This document shows positions 10,320 to 19,076 of a stretch of DNA of 64,000 bases, piece by piece. The stretch is from an uncultured Candidatus Rokubacteria bacterium (GTDB lineage Bacteria > Methylomirabilota > Methylomirabilia > Rokubacteriales > CSP1-6): NCBI GenBank assembly GCA_963762145.1, contig CAVXJS010000019.1, positions 256,001 through 320,000 on the forward strand, in the 5' to 3' direction. Below the pieces are notes generated by a model. It saw only the letters and a program-made list of their open reading frames with translations, did not search any database and was not told the DNA's origin. Position numbers and translations under genes: made by a program. Within the stretch, counting starts at the first letter, position 1. Each line of letters starts with the position of its first letter.

Positions 10320-10832
10320 TCAGGCCTCCGCGCCGGTCTGGGTGTGGCTCCGGAAGGTCACGGTCTCGTCCCCGATCCGCACCCGGGCGTCCCAGGTGAT
10401 GTCGATGGCCCCCTGCACGCTCTGGTGGGCCGGGCAGCCTTGCGGGTGCAGCGCCAGCGCCCGCTCGGTCGCGTCCCGGCTCTCGGCGGGCACCGCGAGC
10501 TCGTAATGGACGTGGATGGACCTGATGCGGATGGTCTTGCCGACCCCGACGATGCGGCCTTCCACGGTGGCGACATAGCCGTCACGGTCGAACGCGATCT
10601 TGCGCCCTGCCAGGGCGCCGCGCAGCGTGCCGTACATTCAGCCGGCGACGGCCGCGACGATGTGGTCGAGGGTGGAGGCGACCGGCGGCCCTTCCGCGAC
10701 GCCGTAGTACTCGCGGAGCTTGCCCTGCACGCCGTAGACCACCGGAGCGGGGACCTCGCCCAGGTAGGCGTGGCGGTAGCCGTGCCGGTTCTCGAGACGG
10801 GCCTGAGAGATGTATTCGAAGTCGTCGGGCAT
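10320..10832 (-). CDS. OsmC/Ohr-family protein, probable selenoprotein (in-frame TGA at 10638-10640 read as Sec)
   Basis: Two in-frame ORFs abut at one TGA: DHIVAAVAG-[TGA]-MYGTL, the site of the first OsmC Cys; second Cys in GCPAHQSV; hairpin downstream. Confidence 0.8.
10593..10622 (-). promoter_or_regulatory. Candidate bacterial SECIS element
   Basis: mRNA after UGA: CGCG-GCGCCCU-GGC-AGGGCGC-AAGAU-CGCG; 7-bp upper stem with a G-starting loop 27 nt after UGA. Confidence 0.65.
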
Positions 10833-10947
10833 GAAAGCCTCCTCGGGTTGTTTGGACGTGGCCGGGGGCGGCCGCGGTCAAACTCTAGCATCCGGCCGCC
10901 TTGAGCTGCGCGCGGAACGTGGTTAGCATGCGTCGCGGAGGGGCGCG

Positions 10948-11373
10948 ATGTCGGCAGAAGACAACAAGGCACTGGTGCGTCGGATCCTGGCGGAAGTGCG
11001 CGACGGGTGGACCCAGGCGGTCATCGACCAGTTCTTCGCGCCGGACTACCGCCGCCATCTCACGCCGACCGGCCCACACCTCACTCGCGAAGAGCAGCGG
11101 GAACGGGCCTCGAGACTGCGGGTTGCGTTTCCGGACGCCGAGGCCACGCTGGACGACATGCTCGCCGAGAGGGACCGCGTGGCATATCGGCTCACCATTC
11201 GCGGAACCCATCAGGGCTCCTTCCTCGGCGTGGCCCCAACCGGCCGTCGCGTGACGGTCTCGTTTTTCGCGATCGTCCGCGTCGAGAATGGCAGGCTCGC
11301 CGAGGAGTGGGGCGGCCTCGACCAGGTGGACCTGCTCCGGCAACTCCGAGAGCCGAGCGAGCCGTCCCGCTGA
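10948..11373 (+). CDS. SnoaL-like ester cyclase (NTF2 fold)
   Basis: MSAEDNKALVRR...AFPD...GTHQGSFLGVAPTGRRV...GRLAEEW. Confidence 0.88.
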   Translation: MSAEDNKALVRRILAEVRDGWTQAVIDQFFAPDYRRHLTPTGPHLTREEQRERASRLRVAFPDAEATLDDMLAERDRVAYRLTIRGTHQGSFLGVAPTGRRVTVSFFAIVRVENGRLAEEWGGLDQVDLLRQLREPSEPSR

Positions 11374-11419
11374 GACGCATCCTCGCCCCGCCTCTCGCGA
11401 CGTGTGGCATGATGGCGCC

Positions 11420-12148
11420 ATGGCGGAGGCGGAGCGCGCGGTCGGGCTGGCGATCATGGCCAAGGCGCCGCGGGTAGGGGCCGTGAAGACGCGCCTCTGC
11501 CCGCCTCTTCGCGCTCCCGAGGCGGCCGAGCTGGCGCGGTGCTTCCTGCTGGACACCGTCGACCGGGTGCGGATGGTGGCCGGGGCCCGCCCGATCATCG
11601 GCTACGCGCCGATCGAGGCACAGGGTCTGTTCGAGGAGGCCGCGCCGGGCTTCGCGTTGATTCCGCAGCGCGGCGGCGACCTGGGTGAGCGTCAGCTCCA
11701 CCTGATCGATGACGTCCTCGGGCTGGGCCTTCAGGCGGCGCTGCTGATCGGCACGGACTCGCCGACACTGCCCCGTGAATGTCTGGACGAGGCGGTCGGC
11801 CTGGTCATGGCGCGCGACGTGGACGTGGTGCTGGGCCCCACCGAGGACGGAGGCTATTACCTCGTGGGGATGCGCGCGCCTCATCCTGCCCTGTTCGAGC
11901 ACATGCCGTGGAGCACCCCCACGGTCCTCGCACGCACGCTCGACCGGGCTCAGCGCCAGGGTCTCCGGGTGGCCTGCCTGCCCACGTGGTTCGATGTGGA
12001 CACCGGGGCGGATCTGGAGCGCCTGCGCATCGACCTGGAGGCGTCGCCCGCCACCTGGCCACGCCTCACCCGCGCGTTTCTCGAGCGCCGAATCGTTCGG
12101 GCCGCCGCCGCAGACGGCGGAGGAACAGCGGCTTCACATCGCCGGTGA
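11420..12148 (+). CDS. DUF2064/TIGR04282-family glycosyl- or nucleotidyltransferase-like protein
   Basis: MAKAPRVGAVKTRL, QRGGDLGER, IGTDSPTL, LGPTEDGGYYLVG, WFDVDT. Confidence 0.85.
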   Translation: MAEAERAVGLAIMAKAPRVGAVKTRLCPPLRAPEAAELARCFLLDTVDRVRMVAGARPIIGYAPIEAQGLFEEAAPGFALIPQRGGDLGERQLHLIDDVLGLGLQAALLIGTDSPTLPRECLDEAVGLVMARDVDVVLGPTEDGGYYLVGMRAPHPALFEHMPWSTPTVLARTLDRAQRQGLRVACLPTWFDVDTGADLERLRIDLEASPATWPRLTRAFLERRIVRAAAADGGGTAASHRR

Positions 12149-12208
12149 TCGCCCGGCGCCCTGCTGGTCCGAGGCGTACACTGAAGCGACCTGGATGAGC
12201 GCCCAAGC

Positions 12209-12898
12209 GTGACGGATCAGGCGCAGCTCGAGGGGCTGGCCGCTCGGGCGCTGGAGCACGTCCGCGACGGGATGCTGGTGGGACTGGGCTCGGGCGCTGC
12301 CGCGACCGCCTTCGTCCGGGCGCTGGGGGTGCGAGTGGGCCGCGGGCTGCAAGTTCGGGGTGTGCCCACGTCGGAGGCGACGGCGCGACTCGCGCGAGAG
12401 GTCGGGGTACCGGTGGTGGGCCTCGATGAAGGGATTCTCGACGTCACGGTGGATGGGGCGGACGAGGTGGATCCAGACCTCGATCTGATCAAGGGCTATG
12501 GCGGCGCGCTGTTGAGGGAGCGGATCGTGGCGAAGGCTTCGCGCCGGCGGATCAACCTGGTGGGTCGCGAGAAGCTCGTACCGGTGCTGGGCAGCCACGG
12601 CCGTCTCCCGGTCGAGGTGATTCCCTTCGCGTGGCCGCTCGTCGTGCGCGAGCTCGCCGCGCTGGGTTGTCGCCCGACGCTGCGCACGACCGAAGGGCAG
12701 CCCTTCGTGACCGACAACGGGAACCGCATCGCCGACTGTGCGGTTCGCGCCATCGAGGCGCCGGCGGCTTTCGACCGCGATCTCCGGGCGATTCCGGGTG
12801 TCGTGGACACGGGACTCTTTCTGGGTATAACCGATCTGGTTCTGGTCGCCGAGCGTGGAGGCATTCGGGAGATGAAGCGAGGAGCGACGAGCCCGTGA
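12209..12898 (+). CDS. rpiA: Ribose-5-phosphate isomerase A
   Basis: GLGSG, DGADEVD, IKGYGGALLRE, TDNGN, GVVDTGLF. Confidence 0.95.
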   Translation: MTDQAQLEGLAARALEHVRDGMLVGLGSGAAATAFVRALGVRVGRGLQVRGVPTSEATARLAREVGVPVVGLDEGILDVTVDGADEVDPDLDLIKGYGGALLRERIVAKASRRRINLVGREKLVPVLGSHGRLPVEVIPFAWPLVVRELAALGCRPTLRTTEGQPFVTDNGNRIADCAVRAIEAPAAFDRDLRAIPGVVDTGLFLGITDLVLVAERGGIREMKRGATSP

Positions 12899-12914
12899 CG
12901 CGGTTGCGGTCCTG

Positions 12915-13670
<756 letters not shown>

Positions 13671-13723
13671 CCCAGATCGTGGAGCGGCACCGCCTACTGG
13701 CCCGTGGAGGCCGCCGCAGCGGG

Positions 13724-15208
13724 TCAGCCCAGATCGTGGAGCAGGCGCGCCGTAGTCAGCACACCCTGGTAGAGGTGGTCGAGACGCAGATGCTCGTTGG
13801 GGCTGTGCTGGCGATTGTTGGCGTTGGCGTAGGGCACCACGATGGTGGGCAGCTTCAGGATGTCGGTGAACGCCCAGAGCGGCACGCTGCCCCCCATGGT
13901 CGGCAGGACCACCGCGGGCTCCCCGCCGTGCGCGCGCTCCACGGCCTCGATGACCTCTCGCGAGATCGGCAGATCCGCGGCGGTCTTGGCCGGATCGTAG
14001 CCTCGCCGCTCCACGACCCGGACCGCGCGCCCGCGTAGCTCGTCCGGGATCGGCGCGTCTGCCGACTCGATCACGGTGAGGCCCTGCGCGCGGATGTGAT
14101 CGAGGATCCGCCGGTACACCACCTCCACGCGCTGGTTCTTCACGAGCCGGGCGTCGAACGCCACCGTGGCGTGGCTCGGGATGATGGTCTGCGCTTCCCG
14201 GCCGGTGAAGCCGCTCTTGAGCCCGCGGATGGTGAGCGAGGAGCGGAACATGAGCCGCTCGAGGTACTCGGAGGGCAGGGGCACGCCGAGCTCCCGCTCG
14301 ATCGCGCCGCGGTCGAGGGGGATGCGCCCCATCAGCTCGCGCTCGGCCGCGGTGGGCGGGACCACGCCCTCCTCGAGGCCTTCCACGAGCGGCGTGCCGT
14401 CCGGCGCGGCCATCGAGGCGAGCAGGCCGACCAGGCGCCAGGCCGGATTCGGGACGCTGAAGTTCCCGGAGTGCACGTCACGCCGGGCCGCCTCGAGGGT
14501 CAGCTCCAGCGACAGGATGCCGCGCGCGCCGAAGGCCACGGTGGGCCGACCGCTCGCGTCCTTCGGCCCGTCCATCACCAGCGCGACGTCGGCCGCGAGG
14601 AGGTCGCGGTGCCGCTCGGTGAACGAGCCAAAGTTGGTGCTGCCCATCTCCTCCTCGCCGTCGAAGATGAACTTGAGCGCCACCCGGGGGGCGATACCGT
14701 GCGCTCGCATGAGCTCGAGGGCCGTGAGATGGGCCCAGATGGGCCCCTTGTCGTCGGAGGCGCCCCGGGCGTAGAGCCGGTGCTGCGGCAGGAGGTCGTC
14801 CGCGACGTCCGCGAGGCCCAGGACGGGCGAGCCCTCCTCGGCCGTGCCTCGACGGAGCACCGGCTCGAAGGGTGACGGCTGGAGCCACCCGGCCGGAGGG
14901 GCGGGCTTGACGTCATAGTGGCAGTAGATCAGCACGGTTCGGCGGGCCCCCGGCAGGAGGAGAGATCCGTAAACAGTGGGATTTCCGCCCGTTTCCATGA
15001 CACGGGCCTCGAGGCCGCGAGCCGTCATTCCCTGGGCGAGCCATGCGCCGCCGGCTCGGACGCCCTCCGGGTTCTGGCTCACCGTATCGAGGCGCAGGAA
15101 TTGGGCCAGGCCTTCCATGATGGGCCGATGACGGGCGGTGATCGCCGCCCGAAGGTTGGCCCAGGCGACCTCATCCGCCACCTTGGGTATCACCTTGGGG
15201 GTGGTCAT
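13724..15208 (-). CDS. M20 family metallopeptidase/deacylase
   Basis: YCHYDV, YARGASDDKG, DGEEEMGS, HSGN, QHSPNE. Confidence 0.9.
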   Translation of the reverse strand: MTTPKVIPKVADEVAWANLRAAITARHRPIMEGLAQFLRLDTVSQNPEGVRAGGAWLAQGMTARGLEARVMETGGNPTVYGSLLLPGARRTVLIYCHYDVKPAPPAGWLQPSPFEPVLRRGTAEEGSPVLGLADVADDLLPQHRLYARGASDDKGPIWAHLTALELMRAHGIAPRVALKFIFDGEEEMGSTNFGSFTERHRDLLAADVALVMDGPKDASGRPTVAFGARGILSLELTLEAARRDVHSGNFSVPNPAWRLVGLLASMAAPDGTPLVEGLEEGVVPPTAAERELMGRIPLDRGAIERELGVPLPSEYLERLMFRSSLTIRGLKSGFTGREAQTIIPSHATVAFDARLVKNQRVEVVYRRILDHIRAQGLTVIESADAPIPDELRGRAVRVVERRGYDPAKTAADLPISREVIEAVERAHGGEPAVVLPTMGGSVPLWAFTDILKLPTIVVPYANANNRQHSPNEHLRLDHLYQGVLTTARLLHDLG

Positions 15209-15322
15209 GGCCTACCTTACCTGCCGGGACTGCCCGGTACCAGGCCTTTGGGGCCCTGTCCGGGAAATTGGACTATTCGGACCCCTTCTCGGTAGAGTCG
15301 ATGCTCACGTGACCGCCCGGCC

Positions 15323-16987
15323 ATGTCTCCCACTCGAGATCGCTCCGTGAAGAAGCGCCGCGCCTTCCTGGCGGTGGTCATGATCCTCGACCTCTGCCTG
15401 GCCAATGCCTGCCTCCTCGCCGGCCCCGTGGTCGCGCCGGCGGTGGCCCAGCAGTCCGAGGCCGACGTGTTCGTCGCGCAGGCCATCCTGGCCTATGACG
15501 GCCGGAAGTACGACGAGGCGCTGGCCTTCCTGAAAGAGGCGCTGGCGCTGGACCCCAGGAACGTCGAGGCCCTCTATTACTCGGGCCTGGTCCTGATGGC
15601 CCAGCAGAAGACCGAGCAGGCGGTGGAGGTGCTGGAGAAGGCCCGGGCGCTCGCGCCGCGCGACCTGTCGATCCTGTTCCTCCTGGGCGTGGCCTATTTC
15701 GCCCTCGAGCGCTACGACCAGGCCGAGGGCCCGCTGACCCAGGTGTTCAACGAGCGGCCCCAGACCGAAGGCGTCGGCTACTACGTCGGCCTGATCCGCT
15801 ACCGGAAGAAGGACTACCAGGGCGCCCTCAAGGCCTTCCGGGCCGAGACCTCGAAGAACCCGAATATCCAGCAGCTCGTCAAGTTCTACTCCGGGCTCAC
15901 CCTCGCCATCCTGGGGCTGCCCGAGCAGGCCGTCGCGGAGGTCGACGCGGCGCTGAGATTCCAGACCGGCTCTGCGCTCACCGGCCCGGCGGAGCGAATC
16001 CGGGACTCCCTGGTCGCCGCGAAGGACACCGAGCGGCGGTTGCGCGCCGAGGTCCGCGTGGGCTTCCTGTACGACAGCAACGTGAGGGTCGAGCCGCAGC
16101 CCAGCCACGACCCCACCGCGGAGTCGTTCCGGCACAACAAGACGGCCACCCCCGGCGAGATCTTCGGGGCCCGGCTCGAGTACACCTGGCTGCGGACCGG
16201 CCCGTGGGAATCGTCGGTCGCGTACTCGTTCTTCCAGACGGTCAACAACCGGGAGGGGCTGTCGACCTTCGACGTGCAGAACCATCTGGTGTCGGCGGCC
16301 CTTTCCTATAAGGGGGCCCTCGCCGGGATGCCCTACCAGGTGGGTACCCAATACTCGTGGGACTACATTTCGCTCGGCGGCGACTCGTTCCTGCAGCGGC
16401 AGAACGTCACGCTCTTCGGAACGCTGGTGGAGAATCAGGCGAATCTGACCACGCTGCTGGCGCGCTTCCAGGGCAAGGATTTCTACGGCATTGTGCAGCA
16501 GCCGCTTGACGAGGATCGCGACGCGCGGAACTTCATGGTGGGGTTCACCCACGTCTTCCGCTTCGCCCAGGACCGGCACTTTATCCGGCTCGGCTACCAG
16601 TACGACTACGAGAATTCGGACGGGCGGAACTACAGCTATGCCGGCAATCGCTTTCTGGCCGGGGGGCAGTACACGCTGCCCTGGGGATCCACGCGGCTCA
16701 AGTACGACTTCGATCTCCACCAGCGCGGATACTTCTACGCGAACACGATCCTGCCCGCGATCAATCCGAACACGCGGCAGCGACAGGACCTCGAGCAGAA
16801 CCACATCTTCCGCGTCGAGCAGGTCCTGGCCACGAACATCGGACCGGTCTCGATCGGCTGTGCGCCGACCGCCCCCTGTCCGCTGACGCTGGCTGCGGAG
16901 TACCAGCGGACGAACGCGGACTCCAACCTGCCGGTCTACGACTACGTCCGGAACGTCTGGTCGCTCACGCTGTCCTGGCAGTACTGA
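15323..16987 (+). CDS. TPR-repeat plus C-terminal outer-membrane beta-barrel protein (Slam/DUF560-like)
   Basis: Signal-peptide-like N-terminus, several TPRs (EALALDPRNVEALYYSG), YDSNV at barrel start, amphipathic strands ending LTLSWQY. Confidence 0.75.
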   Translation: MSPTRDRSVKKRRAFLAVVMILDLCLANACLLAGPVVAPAVAQQSEADVFVAQAILAYDGRKYDEALAFLKEALALDPRNVEALYYSGLVLMAQQKTEQAVEVLEKARALAPRDLSILFLLGVAYFALERYDQAEGPLTQVFNERPQTEGVGYYVGLIRYRKKDYQGALKAFRAETSKNPNIQQLVKFYSGLTLAILGLPEQAVAEVDAALRFQTGSALTGPAERIRDSLVAAKDTERRLRAEVRVGFLYDSNVRVEPQPSHDPTAESFRHNKTATPGEIFGARLEYTWLRTGPWESSVAYSFFQTVNNREGLSTFDVQNHLVSAALSYKGALAGMPYQVGTQYSWDYISLGGDSFLQRQNVTLFGTLVENQANLTTLLARFQGKDFYGIVQQPLDEDRDARNFMVGFTHVFRFAQDRHFIRLGYQYDYENSDGRNYSYAGNRFLAGGQYTLPWGSTRLKYDFDLHQRGYFYANTILPAINPNTRQRQDLEQNHIFRVEQVLATNIGPVSIGCAPTAPCPLTLAAEYQRTNADSNLPVYDYVRNVWSLTLSWQY

Positions 16988-16999
16988 GGAACGACGCGG

Positions 17000-18862
17000 C
17001 TACTGGCCCTGCTTGACCTGCGCGCCGCCCGTGACGGTGATCACGGCGGATCCCGGCGCGATCGAGAGGGTATTGCCGGCCAGGTTCAGGATCGGGTTGC
17101 TCAGGCTGATCGATCCGCCGCCCGTCACGAGGACCGGCAAGTTCCCGATCATCGTGCAGCCGTTGGCGCAGAGGGTGTTCGAGATCGAGAGCGTGTTCCC
17201 GGTGCCGATGAAGTTGACGAGGGCGCCCGTCACATTGAGAGTCGAGCCGCCGCCGAGGCTCAGCAGCGCACCGTTGGTGAAGGTGAGCGTGCTGCCGTTG
17301 GCGATGCGGAAGAGGTCGCCCGCCACGGTGAGGCTCGCCCCCCCGGTGAGGCTCACCCCGTGCCCGGCGACGGCCAGGGCGCTGGTGTTCAGCGCGGTGA
17401 TCTGGCTCAGCCTCACCGCCGCGCCGCCCGAGATATCGACGAGGCCGCGCCCCGTGGTCAGTGCGGCGTGCTGGGTCAGGTTCAGGAGCGGCGCGCTGGC
17501 GCGCACCAGGTCCAGCACCGCCCCGCCGCTCACCGACAGGAGCGCCCCCGCGGCGCTGGCGCTCGAGCCCACGAGATCCACCAGGGCGGACGCGCCGCTG
17601 CCGACCATGGCCGCGCCGCCCGAGACCCGGATCACGTCCGACCCGAGGGCGAGGCCGCCGTTCTGGTCGTGGAACAGCGTGCCCGTGAGGCTGAAGGTCG
17701 CGCCCCCGCTCAGGGTGAGCACGCTGGCCGCGCCGAGCTTCGCGGGATCCAGGTAGAGCAGCGGCGCCGCGCTGCTGCTGGCGAAGACGGCCCCGCCCGA
17801 CACGTCCATCAGGCTCTGGCCGACGCTCAGCGAGCTGCCCAGGGCCTCGAGGATCGGCACGGCCGGCGAGTCTGTCTGCCCCCGGGTCAGCGAGTAGAGA
17901 CTGGCGGGCGCGGTCACGGTCTGGCCGTTGAAGGAGAAGCGCGCCTGGCCTGTGGGGCCCGTGACCGGCCCGGGCGCCGGGCTGCCGGCCGCCGGCGCCG
18001 CCACCAGGGCGGTGACGGGCGCATCCGTGATGCCCGGCGTTTCGCTGGTCTCGGCGCCCGGCGGCGCGGCCGACGCACCATCCCCGCCCGCACCCGCACC
18101 GGCCATCTCCGGGGCGAGGAACTCGGCCACCGCGAGCGCCTTCGCCTGCTCGCGCGTGGTGACGCCGGCCATGAACTCCACCGGCCCCTCGGTGATCTGG
18201 GGCGCGGAGCGGAGGTCGGCGAAGACGCGCTCGGCGGCGGCGGGTGACAGCGGCGCCTGCGAGAAGGGCTCGCTCCCGGTGCGGCTCCAGCTCTGCAGCG
18301 TGCCGACCTGGGCCGCGGGGGCGCCCGGGTTATTGGGGTCGGACACCTCCACGAGGCCGTGCAGAACGTGGACCTTGGTCGTGTAGCGGGGCTGGCCCGG
18401 AGAGCCGCCCGATGCCGGGATCAGCTCGACGACCAGGACCGTCCCGCGGATCGCCGCGATCGCGTTCGGGGTGCGGATCTCGATGACCTCGCCGGGCCGC
18501 ATGCGCTGGCGGACGACGCCCATCGCGATCTTGCCGGCCGTGAGGTCGACGGTGGAGCGCCCCGTCTCCTCCTTGATCGTGAGGGACGAGAGCTCGCGCA
18601 CCGTCACGAGCGCCTTGCCGCCCAGCAGGACGCGGACCACCGACTTCTCGGCCGTCTCGATGTAGTCGCGGACGAAGACGTCGTCCTTGAACTGGAGCGG
18701 CCGGGGAGCGGGCAGGGCGGCGCGCGCCACCGTCACGGTACCGGTCAGCGTCGTGACGACGCCGACGCCGCGGCCGCCGTCGCCGGCGGTCTGGGCGGGG
18801 GCGGCCGCCGTCCAGGCGGCGAGCAGCAGGGCCACCGAGGTCACACGCGCCAGCCATCTCAT
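17000..18862 (-). CDS. Secreted FecR-domain protein with Gly/Ser/Leu-rich beta-solenoid-like C-terminus (paralog 1)
   Basis: Signal peptide; FecR-like LQFKDDVFVRDYIET...EIRTPNAIAAIRGT; SD GGAGGAG before ATG 18862. Confidence 0.8.
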   Translation of the reverse strand: MRWLARVTSVALLLAAWTAAAPAQTAGDGGRGVGVVTTLTGTVTVARAALPAPRPLQFKDDVFVRDYIETAEKSVVRVLLGGKALVTVRELSSLTIKEETGRSTVDLTAGKIAMGVVRQRMRPGEVIEIRTPNAIAAIRGTVLVVELIPASGGSPGQPRYTTKVHVLHGLVEVSDPNNPGAPAAQVGTLQSWSRTGSEPFSQAPLSPAAAERVFADLRSAPQITEGPVEFMAGVTTREQAKALAVAEFLAPEMAGAGAGGDGASAAPPGAETSETPGITDAPVTALVAAPAAGSPAPGPVTGPTGQARFSFNGQTVTAPASLYSLTRGQTDSPAVPILEALGSSLSVGQSLMDVSGGAVFASSSAAPLLYLDPAKLGAASVLTLSGGATFSLTGTLFHDQNGGLALGSDVIRVSGGAAMVGSGASALVDLVGSSASAAGALLSVSGGAVLDLVRASAPLLNLTQHAALTTGRGLVDISGGAAVRLSQITALNTSALAVAGHGVSLTGGASLTVAGDLFRIANGSTLTFTNGALLSLGGGSTLNVTGALVNFIGTGNTLSISNTLCANGCTMIGNLPVLVTGGGSISLSNPILNLAGNTLSIAPGSAVITVTGGAQVKQGQ

Positions 18863-18925
18863 CACGATCACTCCTCCGTGCAGGGGTTGCGCGGTGACGC
18901 CTGCGCGCCCGCGGGGCATGACATA

Positions 18926-18940
18926 GCAAGCGGGTTGCCA
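18926..18940 (-). promoter_or_regulatory. Sigma54 promoter for FecR paralog 1
   Basis: Minus strand TGGCAAC-CCGC-TTGC about 65 bp upstream of the start. Confidence 0.65.
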
Positions 18941-19076
18941 CGGGCGGAGCGTTCGGAAGTCAGTGGAAGATCAGGCGAGGCGGGAACGCGCGGACGCGCT
19001 GCGACCCTCAAAACATGACGGGCTCCCGACGTTTTGCGTCGGAAGCCCGCTGTTCCGCCCCCGGAGGGGCGGGAGC

